A stretch of 64,000 nt of DNA from an uncultured Acidobacteriota bacterium (GTDB taxonomy: Bacteria; Acidobacteriota; Polarisedimenticolia; J045): positions 13,031 to 77,030 of the forward strand of contig CAYQTA010000011.1 in the NCBI GenBank assembly GCA_964420365.1. Direction: 5' to 3'. Below are positions 47,734-60,060 of the stretch, one piece after another; within the stretch, counting starts at the first letter, position 1; every line of letters starts with the position of its first letter. Both the position numbers and the translations under genes were made by a program. The notes below the pieces were generated by a model. The model searched no databases. It was not told where the DNA came from and worked only from the letters and a program-made list of their open reading frames with translations.

Positions 47734-47761
47734 AATCTGGGCCCGGCGGGAAATGTGTCAA
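47734..47761 (-). promoter_or_regulatory. Putative sigma-70 promoter for the SphA/STAS pair
   Basis: TTGACA (47761-47756), 16-nt spacer, CAGATT (47739-47734), in an AT-richer intergenic stretch. Confidence 0.4.
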
Positions 47762-47841
47762 GCAGATGACGAAGCCATTACATCGAGTCCGCAGGCATCC
47801 GGACGTGTTCGGCCCGGGTCGACGCCCCGGGCCGGCCTCCG

Positions 47842-50655
<2,814 letters not shown>

Positions 50656-50760
50656 GCCTCGCTCCAGGAGGCCGCTCCGCGCGGCCGAATCTCTCATTCT
50701 AGGGTGCCTTTTCCCCCGCGCCATGATCCCGGGTAGACTCCGGGCCCGGAGGATCCGCCC

Positions 50761-51408
50761 GTGCACCCGTGCCGCCTTGCCACGACCGTCCTCGCCGTCT
50801 CGCTCCTCGGCCTCGCCGGGTGTGCCACGGGACCGCCCCCGTGGCGCCCGTTTCACCTCGCGCCCCCCGGCGATCGGGTCCCCGTCCGGGAGGTCCTCCC
50901 CGGCGTCGAGATCGAGCTCGAGCCGCTGGATGCCGCCGCGCGTCGTGCCTGGCTGCGGGACCGGCTCGGGATCTCCGAGGATCCCCTCGCCCGCCTCCCC
51001 CACGGGGAGCGGCTGGTGACGTTCCGGGCCCTCTTCCGGGCGACCGGCGAGCTTCCGGTCCACGTGGAGACGGGGGCGATCCACCTCTGGCCCGACCGGG
51101 GCAACTGGCCGGTGGCCCCCCTCGACTACACCCGCGCCTGGGAAGTGCTCCGCCCGGACCGGGAGACCGGCCCGGCCCGGCAGACGGTGGACCGGTTCAT
51201 GCGGGGTCTCTTCGACGGCCCGGTGGACCTGCGGGCCCCCGGGGAGGGCCGGGAGGGCCTCCTGGTCTTCCCGGAACCACCGCGGGAGGCCCGCGTGCTG
51301 GTGCTCGAGATCCCGTTCGTCCAGGTCGGGGCGCGGACCCACCGGGTCCGGGTCCCGTTCCGGAAGGTCTTCCCCGCGGGGAAGGCTGGAGGAGGAACCA
51401 GGCAGTGA
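50761..51408 (+). CDS. Hypothetical lipoprotein
   Basis: Lipobox LLGLAGC; stop overlaps the folD start. Confidence 0.6.
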   Translation: MHPCRLATTVLAVSLLGLAGCATGPPPWRPFHLAPPGDRVPVREVLPGVEIELEPLDAAARRAWLRDRLGISEDPLARLPHGERLVTFRALFRATGELPVHVETGAIHLWPDRGNWPVAPLDYTRAWEVLRPDRETGPARQTVDRFMRGLFDGPVDLRAPGEGREGLLVFPEPPREARVLVLEIPFVQVGARTHRVRVPFRKVFPAGKAGGGTRQ

Positions 51409-52349
51409 GCGCACGCATCCTCGACGGCAAGGCCCTCTCCCGCCGCCTGCAGGCCGACCTGGCCGCGCGCGTCGCCGACTTCGCCCGGCGCGCCGGCCGG
51501 CCACCCGGTCTCGCGGTCGTCCTCGTCGGCGACGACCCGGCAAGCGCCGTCTACGTGCGGAACAAGGAGAAGTCGGCCCGGGCGATCGGCATGGCCTCCA
51601 CGGTCGAGCGCCTGCCGGCGGAGGCCACGAGGGAGCGGGTTCTCGCGACGGTCCACCGCCTGGCCGGGAACCCGGAGATCGACGGCATGCTGGTCCAGCT
51701 CCCCCTGCCCGGCCACCTGGACGAGCGGGAGATCCTGGAGGCGATCCCGCCGGGCAAGGACGTGGACGGGTTCCACCCGGTCAACGCGGGCAAGCTGCTC
51801 CTCGGCGAGGACGATGGCATCGTCGCCTGCACTCCCCGCGGAATCCTCGCGCTGGTCGACGAGGCGGGGCTCGATCTCGCGGGGAAGCGGGCCGTGGTGG
51901 TCGGCCGTTCGAACATCGTCGGCAAGCCGGTGGCGCTGCTGCTGCTCCGGCGGCACGCGACGGTGACGGTCTGCCATTCCCGGACGCGGGACCTCGCCGC
52001 GGTGTGCCGCGAGGCCGACCTGCTGGTCGCCTCCGTCGGCCGGCCGGGCCTGGTGCGGGGCGACTTCGTCAAGGAGGGAGCGGTCGTGATCGACGTCGGG
52101 ATCAACCGGGTCACGGACCCGGCCCTGGCCGAGGACCTGCTCGGCGGCCAGGAGAAGCGGCTCGCCCGGTTCCGGCAGAAGGGGCACGCCCTGGTGGGCG
52201 ATGTCCACTTCGCCGAGGCGGCGGCCCGCGCGGCGGCGATCACCCCCGTACCCGGGGGGGTCGGCCCGCTCACGGTCACGATGCTGCTCGACAACACGCT
52301 CCTCGCCGCCGAGCGGGCGCTCGCCGCGGGAGGACCGGCCGCCCGATGA
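51405..52349 (+). CDS. folD: Methylenetetrahydrofolate dehydrogenase/cyclohydrolase
   Basis: Motifs [42 protein letters not shown] and [12 protein letters not shown]. Confidence 0.96.
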   Translation: MSARILDGKALSRRLQADLAARVADFARRAGRPPGLAVVLVGDDPASAVYVRNKEKSARAIGMASTVERLPAEATRERVLATVHRLAGNPEIDGMLVQLPLPGHLDEREILEAIPPGKDVDGFHPVNAGKLLLGEDDGIVACTPRGILALVDEAGLDLAGKRAVVVGRSNIVGKPVALLLLRRHATVTVCHSRTRDLAAVCREADLLVASVGRPGLVRGDFVKEGAVVIDVGINRVTDPALAEDLLGGQEKRLARFRQKGHALVGDVHFAEAAARAAAITPVPGGVGPLTVTMLLDNTLLAAERALAAGGPAAR

Positions 52350-53026
52350 CCGGTCGCCTGCGCCCCCGCTCCCTGCCCCGCCCGGTCCTCGTCGCGGGAC
52401 TGACCGGCGGCATCGCCACCGGGAAGAGCACGGTGGCGGGGATGTTCCGGGAGCTGGGCGCGGCGGTGGTGGACGCGGACGGGATCGTCCACGACCTCCT
52501 CGGGCCGGGGGGAGCCGCGGTCCCGCCGATCGTCGCCACCTGGGGCCGGGGAGTGCTCCTGCCGGAAGGCGGCATCGACCGGGCCCGCCTGGCCGAGATC
52601 GTGTTCGGGGACGACGGGGAGCGGCGACGGCTCGAGGAAATCGTCCACCCCATGGTGGTCGAGGAGAGCCGGCGCCGGATCACCGGGCTGGCCATGACGG
52701 GGGGGGTCGACGTGATCCTCTACGACGCCGCTCTCCTGGTGGAAACCGGCCGCCACGACCAGTTCGATCGGCTGGTCGTCGTCGTGGCCGACCCGGAGGT
52801 CCAGCTCCGGCGCCTGATGGACCGGGACCGGATCGACGCGGACGCGGCGGGGGCGAGGATCCGCGCCCAGCTCCCCCAGGACCGGAAGGCGGCCGTCGCC
52901 GACTACGTCATCGACAACTCCGGTCCCTGGCACGAGACCCGGAAACGGGTGGCCGAGGTCTACCGGGATCTCCGGGAGGACGCCCGGCTCCTCCGGGAGG
53001 GAAAGCCCCTGCCGCTCCGCGCCTGA
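52346..53026 (+). CDS. coaE: Dephospho-CoA kinase
   Basis: Motifs GLTGGIATGKS, IDRARLAEIVF, LEEIVHP, DAALLVE and RIRAQLP. Confidence 0.94.
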   Translation: MTGRLRPRSLPRPVLVAGLTGGIATGKSTVAGMFRELGAAVVDADGIVHDLLGPGGAAVPPIVATWGRGVLLPEGGIDRARLAEIVFGDDGERRRLEEIVHPMVVEESRRRITGLAMTGGVDVILYDAALLVETGRHDQFDRLVVVVADPEVQLRRLMDRDRIDADAAGARIRAQLPQDRKAAVADYVIDNSGPWHETRKRVAEVYRDLREDARLLREGKPLPLRA

Positions 53027-53045
53027 CCCCGGCGCGTCGCGTTGT

Positions 53046-53054
53046 TGCTAGAAT
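53046..53054 (+). promoter_or_regulatory. Putative extended -10 promoter for tldD-pmbA
   Basis: TGcTAGAAT, 56 nt upstream of ATG 53111, in an otherwise GC-rich gap. Confidence 0.4.
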
Positions 53055-53110
53055 CGCCGGTCCGGCCGCAGGCCGGGAACCGGGCCGGCCCGGCCCGGGG
53101 GGAGACCGAG

Positions 53111-54514
53111 ATGATTCCACTCGAACCCGATCTCGTGCGCGAGGTCCTCGATCGCGCCTTGGCCCGGGGAGGAGAGTTCGCGGAGCTGTTCTTCGAGCAG
53201 CGGGACGGCACGAGCCTGGTCCGGGAGGAAGGACGCATCGTCCGCACCTCTTCCGGGCGGGACCGGGGTGTCGGCCTCCGGGTGATCCGGGGCGACTCGA
53301 CCTGGTTCGCCAACGGGAACGCGACGGACACGGAGAGTCTCCTGGTCCTGGCGGACCGGCTCGCCGAGGGGGTCGGCGGCAGCCGGCAGGTGCGGGTCAC
53401 CCCCTTCCGCGAGGAGGTCCTCGAACCGCTGGTCCCGGTGCGGACGTGGCCGGATACCGTGCCGGTCTCCGAGCTGGCCGGCCGCCTGGCGCTCGCCGAC
53501 CGGGTGGCCCGGGAACACGATCCCCGCGTGGTCCAGGTGACCGCCGTGGTCCGGACGACGCGCAGGGTGATCCTCGTCGCGAACTCCGAGGGACGATTCG
53601 TCGTCGAGCCCACTCCCTACGTGACCTTCAACTGCCAGGTCGTCGCCCGGGAGGGCGACGAGATCCGGTCGGGATACCAGGCGGACTCGGCGACCCGGGG
53701 ATGGGAGTTCCTCGAGGAGGGCGTCGTCCGGCGCGTCGCCTCCGAGGCGGCGCGGATCGCCTGCCTCCAGCTTGGGGCCGCCCCCACGCCCTCCGGCACG
53801 ATGCCCGTGGTGCTCTCCAGCCGGGCCGGCGGGACGATGATCCACGAGGCCTGCGGGCACGGGCTCGAGGCGGACTTCTACCTGAAGAACGTCTCGATCT
53901 ACTCGGGCAAGCTCGGCAAGCGGGTCGCCTCCGAGAAGGTGACCGTCATCGACGACGGGACGCTCCCGGGTCGGCGGGGCAGCAACCGGGTGGACGACGA
54001 GGGCGAACCGACCCGCCGGGTCGTCCTGATCGACCGGGGCACGCTCGTCGGGCTGCTCCAGTCCCGCGAGACGGCGCGGAAGCTCGGGATGGAACCGACC
54101 GGGAACGGCCGGCGCGAGTCGTTCCGCCACCTGCCGATCCCCCGGATGCGGAACACGTTCATCGCGCCCGGGGAAGACGAGCCGGAGGCGATCGTCGCCT
54201 CGGTGAAGGACGGCCTCTACGTCGCCGACATGGGCGGGGGGGAGGTCGACATCGTTTCCGGGAACTTCGTCTTCCACTGTCTCGAGGCCTACCGGATCCG
54301 CGACGGGAAGATCGCGGAACCGGTGCGGGACGCGATGCTGACCGGCAACGGGCCGGCGGTCCTCGAGAGCATCGACATGGTGGGCAAGGACCTGGGCTGG
54401 GCGGTCGGTACCTGCGGAAAGGACGGGCAGGGGGTCCCGGTCGGAGACGCCCAGCCGACGATCCGGATCCCTTCCCTCGTCGTCGGGGGCACGGGCGGAG
54501 GAGACGAGCGATGA
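53111..54514 (+). CDS. tldD: TldD metalloprotease
   Basis: Motifs IHEACGHGLEAD (HExxxH), TGNGRRES…PIPRMRNT and GTCGKDGQGVPV. Confidence 0.92.
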   Translation: MIPLEPDLVREVLDRALARGGEFAELFFEQRDGTSLVREEGRIVRTSSGRDRGVGLRVIRGDSTWFANGNATDTESLLVLADRLAEGVGGSRQVRVTPFREEVLEPLVPVRTWPDTVPVSELAGRLALADRVAREHDPRVVQVTAVVRTTRRVILVANSEGRFVVEPTPYVTFNCQVVAREGDEIRSGYQADSATRGWEFLEEGVVRRVASEAARIACLQLGAAPTPSGTMPVVLSSRAGGTMIHEACGHGLEADFYLKNVSIYSGKLGKRVASEKVTVIDDGTLPGRRGSNRVDDEGEPTRRVVLIDRGTLVGLLQSRETARKLGMEPTGNGRRESFRHLPIPRMRNTFIAPGEDEPEAIVASVKDGLYVADMGGGEVDIVSGNFVFHCLEAYRIRDGKIAEPVRDAMLTGNGPAVLESIDMVGKDLGWAVGTCGKDGQGVPVGDAQPTIRIPSLVVGGTGGGDER

Positions 54515-55875
54515 GCGACTTCGGCGGGGCGGCGGGATGCCGGATCGCCCAGCGGGCATTCGACCTGGCCGCGCGGCTCGGGATCGAGGAGGTCGAGGTG
54601 GCGCTGGTCGAGACCGTCTCCACGAAGGTCTCCGTGGCGGACGGTCGCCTCGAGTCCGTCGAGGAACGCCAGGAGGCCGGGATCGGTCTCCGGGTCTTTC
54701 ACCGGCGACGGACCGGCTTCGCCTTCACCGCCGACCCGGGGGACGAGGCTCTCGCGCGCGCTCTCGAGATCGCCCGCGACCTGGCGGAACTGGGGGAAGC
54801 GGAGGAAGCCAACCGGGCCCCGGACCCCGCGCCCCTGCCGGAGGCCCTTCCCCCGAACGAGGACCCCGCGCTGGCAGCCTTCCCGGTGGCGAGGAAGATC
54901 GCCCTCGCCCGGGAGGTGGAGCTCGCCGCCCGGGCCGCCTATCCCGAGGTCGACAGGATCCGGCGGGCCTCCTACCAGGACGCGCGGGGCACGCAGCGAA
55001 TCGTCAGCACCCGTGGCGTGGACGCGGCCGAGGGCTGGACCCGGGCCTGGCTCTCCATCGAGGCGGCGGCCCGCCGGGGCAACGACCAGCGGATCGGCTG
55101 GTGGAGCGACTGGGCGCTGGGGCCCGGCCCTCTCGACCCCGAACGGGTCGGCCGAACCGGGGCGGCCCGGGCGGTGGAACTCCTCGGGGCTCGCCCCGGC
55201 CCGACCGGCCGGCTCCCGGTCGTCCTGCCCCCGGAGGAAACGGCGGCCCTGCTCTCCGCCCTCGGGGACGCCTTCTCCGGGCTCAAGGCGCTTCGCCACC
55301 GAACGGTCCTCGAGGGCCGGGAGGGGCAGCGCATCGGCTCTTCCCGGGTGACCCTGGTCGACGACGGGACGCTGCCCGGGACGTGGGGAACCGGCGCGAT
55401 CGACGGCGAGGGCCTGCCGACACGGCGTAACGTCCTGGTCGAGGAGGGGATCTTCCGCGGCTTCCTCCACGACAGCTACACCGCTCGTCGCTTCGGGCTC
55501 GAGCCGACGGGAAACAGCCTGCGCGGGGGCTACGCGGCCCCGCCGACGATCGGGGCCCATGCCCTGCACCTGCTCCCGACCGGGCCCGGCCGCATGGAGC
55601 TGCTCGCCCGTGCCGAGGGGGGGATCCTGGTCAGCGAGCTGATGGGACTCCACACGGTCAACACGGTGACCGGCGACTTCAGCCTCGGCGCGGCGGGACG
55701 CCGGATCGGCCCGGGGGGGGAGCCGGCGGAGCCACTCGACCGGATGGCGATCTCCGGCTCGATCCTCGACCTGTTCTCGGCGGTGGAGGCGGTCGCGGAC
55801 GACCTCCAGTTCTTCATCGGCGGGGCCGGCGGCGCCACCGTGCTCCTCGGCGAGATGGCGATCAGCGGGTCCTGA
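54511..55875 (+). CDS. pmbA: PmbA/TldE partner subunit
   Basis: TldD/PmbA-family sequence lacking HExxxH; TGDFSLGA…AISGSILDLF; ATGA-coupled to tldD. Confidence 0.88.
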   Translation: MSDFGGAAGCRIAQRAFDLAARLGIEEVEVALVETVSTKVSVADGRLESVEERQEAGIGLRVFHRRRTGFAFTADPGDEALARALEIARDLAELGEAEEANRAPDPAPLPEALPPNEDPALAAFPVARKIALAREVELAARAAYPEVDRIRRASYQDARGTQRIVSTRGVDAAEGWTRAWLSIEAAARRGNDQRIGWWSDWALGPGPLDPERVGRTGAARAVELLGARPGPTGRLPVVLPPEETAALLSALGDAFSGLKALRHRTVLEGREGQRIGSSRVTLVDDGTLPGTWGTGAIDGEGLPTRRNVLVEEGIFRGFLHDSYTARRFGLEPTGNSLRGGYAAPPTIGAHALHLLPTGPGRMELLARAEGGILVSELMGLHTVNTVTGDFSLGAAGRRIGPGGEPAEPLDRMAISGSILDLFSAVEAVADDLQFFIGGAGGATVLLGEMAISGS

Positions 55876-55911
55876 GACCGGGCCTGTGGCGACCGCCCCC
55901 CCGGGCAGGGC

Positions 55912-56064
55912 ATGATCCTCGCCATGAACCAGGCGATGTCCACCGGCGAGGTGGTCCTGCTCGCCCTGCTGCTCGGGCTGCCCCTGCTCGTCGTGATCGT
56001 CGGCGGGCTGGCGGCGATTCGCTGGATCCGCGCGCAGCGGGACGACGGAACGCCTCGCCGCTGA
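55912..56064 (+). CDS. Small (at most 50 aa) single-pass membrane protein, not in the ORF track
   Basis: MILAMNQAMSTGEVVLLALLLGLPLLVVIVGGLAAIRWIRAQRDDGTPRR*. It fills the pmbA-S9 gap, has C/G-ending codons, and has one TM helix followed by basic residues. Confidence 0.6.
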   Translation: MILAMNQAMSTGEVVLLALLLGLPLLVVIVGGLAAIRWIRAQRDDGTPRR

Positions 56065-56086
56065 ACCGCTCCCGGAGGAGACCCGC

Positions 56087-58294
56087 ATGTCCCGATGTTC
56101 GCGGTGGTTCCCCGCCGCGGTCGCCACGCTCGTGGCGATCGGCCTGGCCCTCGCCGCCCCCCTCGACCTCGAGCGCCTCTACCGAGATCCCCGCCCCTTC
56201 GGGATTCCCCCCCGCCTGGTCCGCTGGGCCCCCGGCGGCCCGGCGCGCCTGGCGTTTCTCTGGAACGACCGGGGCGTCAAGGCCCGGGACCTGTGGACGT
56301 GGGCACCCGGTGACGCGAAGCCCCGCCTCGTGGTCGACCACCGCCGGCTCGAGGCGGGCCCGGTGCGGAATGACGCGGTCGAGGAGCTGAAGGAGACGGC
56401 CCGGCTCGACGACGAGGGGATCGACTCGTATGCCTGGTCGCCGGACGGCTCCCGGCTGCTCCTCTCCTACGGGGGCGACCTCTTCGTCGTCGACCCCGGG
56501 GGAGAGGATCTCCGCCGCCTGACGCGCACGGCCGCGCCGGAGATCGACCCGCAGTGGTTTCCCGACGGTCGTCGCGTGGGCTTCGTCCGGGACAACGACC
56601 TGTGGGTGCTCGGGGTCGACGACGGTTCCCTCGTCCAGCTCACGTCGGACGGCACGGAGACGCTCCTGAATGGCCGCCCGGACTACATCGCCCTGGAAGA
56701 GGTCGGTTTCCGCTCGGCCTGGACCCCGTCCCCCGGGGGCAAGCTCGTCGCGTTCGTCCAGTACGACACGTCTCCCGTCGCGGTCCTCTCGATTCCCGAC
56801 GTGCTCGGGGACCGGGTCCGCTGCCGACACCAGCGCCGCCCCCCCGCGGGCACGGCGAACTCGCGGATCCGCGTCGGCATCGTCTCGGCCGAGGGGGGCG
56901 ACGTCACCTGGGCCGACCTGTCGGCCTTCGACGATTTCTACGTGACCCACCTCCTGTGGCGGGCTCCCGGGAAGCTGGTGGTCGGGGTCGAGCCGCGGGA
57001 CCTGCACGCGCTCCACCTCCTCGAGGTGCACCCGGACGGGTCCACCCGGGAGATCCACGTGGAGCGGGACGACGCGTGGGTGAACCTGTCCCGGTCCTTC
57101 CTCGAGGTCACGCCGGACGGCCGCCTTCTCCTCGGCAGCGAGCGGACGGGTGCCGCCCACGCCTGGCTGCTCGACCCGGTCGGGGGGGGGATGCTCCAGC
57201 TCACCCGGGGCAACCGGGAGGTGACGGCCCTCCAGGGGGTCGTGGATGGGCAGGTCGTCTTCCTCGGCCACCTGGATTCCCCCCACGAGCAGCATCTCTA
57301 CCGGCTCGCCCTCCACGGGGGCGAGCCCGAGCGCCTCACCCCGCAAGCCGGCTGGCACCGGGCCCGGCTCAGCCCCGACGGGAAGTGGGTCGCGACCGTC
57401 CGTTCCGACTGGACGCTCCCGTGGGACCTCTGGGTGGGCCCGCCGGGACGGAGCGAACGGGGCTGGCTGCGCCTCACCCGTTCCCCGCCCCCGGACTTCG
57501 ACCCGGCGGAGCTGATCGTTCCCCGGATCGTGCACGTCCGGGGGAAGGACGGCGCGGCAGTGCCCGCCCTGCTCTGGGAGCCGCCCGGGAGACCTTCCCG
57601 GGCAGGTCGCGCCGCGATCGTCCACGTTCACGGGGGCGGGTACTCCCAGGCGGTCCGGCGAGCCTTCCTGTGGTCGACCCCGCTCCACACCCTGATGGCC
57701 CGCGAGGGCTGGGTCGTCCTCTCGGTGGACTACCGGGGTTCCGAGGGTTACGGGCGGGCCTGGCGGACCGCCGTCCACCTGGACCTCGGGGGACCGGACC
57801 TGGACGACACGGTCGCCGCGGCCGACTGGCTGGCGAGCAACGTCCCGGGCGTCGACCGGCGGCGGATCGGCCTGTGGGGCTGGTCCTACGGCGGGTTCCT
57901 GGCGGCCCTCGCGGCCGGGAAGGCGCCCGGAGCCTTCGCCGCCCACGTCGCCGTCGCCCCGGTGACCGAGTGGGAACACTACGACACCCACTACACGGAG
58001 GAGCGGCTCGGCCTGCCCGCGGAGCACCCGGACGCCTACCGCCGGGCGAACCCGGTCACCTGGGCGGAGCACGTACGGGCCCCCCTCCTGCTGGTCCACG
58101 GGCTCCGGGACGACAACGTGCACTCCCAGGACACGTTCCGGATGGCCGACGCCCTGGTGCGAGCGGGTCGACCCTTCGACATGATGATCTACCCGGCCGG
58201 CAAGCACGGGATCCGGCGCGACGCCAGCCGGGTCCATCTCTTCCGGAAGATGTTCGCCTTCTTCCGTGAGCACCTGGGAGGCTCGAACCGATGA
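56087..58294 (+). CDS. S9 family peptidase (dipeptidyl peptidase IV-like)
   Basis: Signal peptide; DPP-IV propeller (WSPDG, LTSDG, WTPSPGG); catalytic GWSYGG, DDNVH and GKHG. Confidence 0.9.
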   Translation: MSRCSRWFPAAVATLVAIGLALAAPLDLERLYRDPRPFGIPPRLVRWAPGGPARLAFLWNDRGVKARDLWTWAPGDAKPRLVVDHRRLEAGPVRNDAVEELKETARLDDEGIDSYAWSPDGSRLLLSYGGDLFVVDPGGEDLRRLTRTAAPEIDPQWFPDGRRVGFVRDNDLWVLGVDDGSLVQLTSDGTETLLNGRPDYIALEEVGFRSAWTPSPGGKLVAFVQYDTSPVAVLSIPDVLGDRVRCRHQRRPPAGTANSRIRVGIVSAEGGDVTWADLSAFDDFYVTHLLWRAPGKLVVGVEPRDLHALHLLEVHPDGSTREIHVERDDAWVNLSRSFLEVTPDGRLLLGSERTGAAHAWLLDPVGGGMLQLTRGNREVTALQGVVDGQVVFLGHLDSPHEQHLYRLALHGGEPERLTPQAGWHRARLSPDGKWVATVRSDWTLPWDLWVGPPGRSERGWLRLTRSPPPDFDPAELIVPRIVHVRGKDGAAVPALLWEPPGRPSRAGRAAIVHVHGGGYSQAVRRAFLWSTPLHTLMAREGWVVLSVDYRGSEGYGRAWRTAVHLDLGGPDLDDTVAAADWLASNVPGVDRRRIGLWGWSYGGFLAALAAGKAPGAFAAHVAVAPVTEWEHYDTHYTEERLGLPAEHPDAYRRANPVTWAEHVRAPLLLVHGLRDDNVHSQDTFRMADALVRAGRPFDMMIYPAGKHGIRRDASRVHLFRKMFAFFREHLGGSNR

Positions 58295-59136
58295 CTGCCC
58301 ACCGTCTCCTCGTCGCGCTGTCCGTCGCCGCCGTTCTCACCGCCACCGGCTGCGGAGGGGCCGGGAAGCCGGACCGCCCGGCGCTCCCGGAGGCTCCCTC
58401 GGTCTTCGAGCCCGTGCCCGAGGCACCCGTTCCGGCCGACGACGGAAAGCCGGGCGTCTACGAGCGCCTCCCGGGGATCGATCCGCCGGTCCGCGACTTC
58501 CTGGTCGAACCGGGGGACGGGAGCCAGGTCCCGGGCATCGTCCTCGCCCACTCGTGGTGGGGTCTCGATCCGGGCACGCGCGACCTGGCCCGGGACCTGG
58601 CGGCCGGGGGGTTCCTGGTCGTCGTCCCGGACCTGTACGAGCAGGTCGTGGCAACCTCCCGCACGTCGGCGACCGAGCTGCTGGCCGGCGTCGACGCCGA
58701 CCGGGCCCGGACGCTGCTGGCCGCCGGCCTCGACCGACTCGCCGGGCATCCCCGGTTCGACGGGCGCGCCTTCCTGCTGGGAGTCGAGCAGGGCGGCGAT
58801 TTCGCCGTTCCACTCGCCGCGGCCCGGGCCGCCGAGAGCGCCGAGCCGCCGCTGCGCGGGCTCGTCCTCGACAGCACGAACCTGTCCCGCCACCTCGAGG
58901 TGCTTCCCCGGGTCGGGTGCCCGGTCCTGTGGCTCGTCGGCGCCGGAAGCGCCGCGTTCGACACGAACCTGGAGCGGGAGTGGAAGGAGGCGGCCCGCCG
59001 GGGCGGCGTCGATCTGACCGTCTCGCTGGTCCCGGCGGCCGGGACGGGGCTGCTCGATCCCCGGTCCCTCGGTTACCGCGAGAAGGCGTACCACGAGGCC
59101 ATCGAGAGGATCCTCGGCTGGATGAAGCGGCGCTGA
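58291..59136 (+). CDS. Dienelactone-hydrolase-like lipoprotein, probably non-catalytic
   Basis: Lipobox LTATGC; GIVLAHSWWGLD…ARDLAAGGFLVVVPDLY. Nucleophile motif reads GVEQGG; catalytic-His motif reads AGTGL. Confidence 0.7.
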   Translation: MTAHRLLVALSVAAVLTATGCGGAGKPDRPALPEAPSVFEPVPEAPVPADDGKPGVYERLPGIDPPVRDFLVEPGDGSQVPGIVLAHSWWGLDPGTRDLARDLAAGGFLVVVPDLYEQVVATSRTSATELLAGVDADRARTLLAAGLDRLAGHPRFDGRAFLLGVEQGGDFAVPLAAARAAESAEPPLRGLVLDSTNLSRHLEVLPRVGCPVLWLVGAGSAAFDTNLEREWKEAARRGGVDLTVSLVPAAGTGLLDPRSLGYREKAYHEAIERILGWMKRR

Positions 59137-59148
59137 GGCGTCGGGCGC

Positions 59149-59604
59149 TCAGTGGCTGGGCGCCGGCTCGCCCTCGCGAAGGAACTCCCCCAGTTCCGGG
59201 ACGCGCCGGACGACGTGGTCCGCGAGCGGCGTGCCGCACCGGCGGGCGACGTGCCGGATGAAGGTACGGAGGAACGCCTCGACGGCGTCGTCCGGCAGCC
59301 CGGCATCGATCATCCAGCGAACCAGGGCCTCGCGGCCCCGGACCTGGTGGGCGGCATCCCGGTTCCGGGGACGGGTGGCGAGGGCCCAGCACTCCGGCAC
59401 CCAGGAGAAGAGGGAGACCTCGATCGCCGGAGGGAACCGGTGCCGGATCGCCTCCGCCAGGGCCACCAGCCCGGCCGTGACCCCCTCCGGGGTGAGCCCG
59501 GTGGCTGCCGCCAGTGCCTCGCGCAGCTCGGCGGCCCGGCGCGACTCCCGGCGCGCCTCGGTAGCGGGTTCCTGCCTCGACTGGGTGCTGCGATCGGGTT
59601 CCAT
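59149..59604 (-). CDS. Hypothetical helical protein (paralog A)
   Basis: GGAG upstream of the start; weak similarity to the neighbouring ORF 59644..60060. Confidence 0.55.
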   Translation of the reverse strand: MEPDRSTQSRQEPATEARRESRRAAELREALAAATGLTPEGVTAGLVALAEAIRHRFPPAIEVSLFSWVPECWALATRPRNRDAAHQVRGREALVRWMIDAGLPDDAVEAFLRTFIRHVARRCGTPLADHVVRRVPELGEFLREGEPAPSH

Positions 59605-59643
59605 CGTCTCTCTCCCTCCCGCCCGCGGCCCGGCGGCCGGGGA

Positions 59644-60060
59644 TCAGCTGGCTCGCGCCCGTCCCCGGCCGGGCACCGGGGCCGCGGTCACCGCCGGCAG
59701 GTCCAGGTCGTACCGACCGGCCAGGCGATGGAGCCACTCGTCCGCCCGGTACCAGGCGCGGTTCCCGTAGCGCCGGCGGACGTGGTCGTCGATGACGGCG
59801 AGGGCGGTGAAGATCTCCTCGTCACCCAGGCCGACTCCGCGGAGACGGTCCCAGGTCTCTCGAACCACCGGGTGGCCGGGCGCGAGTGCGTGCCACGCCG
59901 TCAGCGGAAACGCCCACAGTCCCTCGGCGGTGCCGTCGTCCAGCCGGGCCGCGACGACGGCGAGGAAGCGGGAGAGCAGCTCCCGCATGATCGGGGCCGG
60001 CCGTCCGACGAGGCGCGTCAGCTCCTCGACGAGATCCTCCTGGAAGGGCTCGCGAACCAT
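59644..60060 (-). CDS. Hypothetical helical protein (paralog B)
   Basis: GGAGG upstream of ATG 60060; shares GL.D…L…HV.RR.G with paralog A. Confidence 0.55.
   Translation of the reverse strand: MVREPFQEDLVEELTRLVGRPAPIMRELLSRFLAVVAARLDDGTAEGLWAFPLTAWHALAPGHPVVRETWDRLRGVGLGDEEIFTALAVIDDHVRRRYGNRAWYRADEWLHRLAGRYDLDLPAVTAAPVPGRGRARAS

Noticed and set aside
50656-50760. LexA/SOS box upstream of uvrA
   Set aside because: Only -10-like hexamers are visible (TAGAAT on minus, TAGACT on plus); there is no palindrome matching a LexA box I know.
53111-59136. tldD-pmbA, small ORF and S9 peptidase as a RiPP cluster
   Set aside because: There is no YcaO, radical SAM, lanthipeptide or other modifying enzyme and no exporter. 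The small ORF looks like a TM helix rather than a leader-core precursor, and tldD/pmbA sit in a housekeeping context after folD-coaE.
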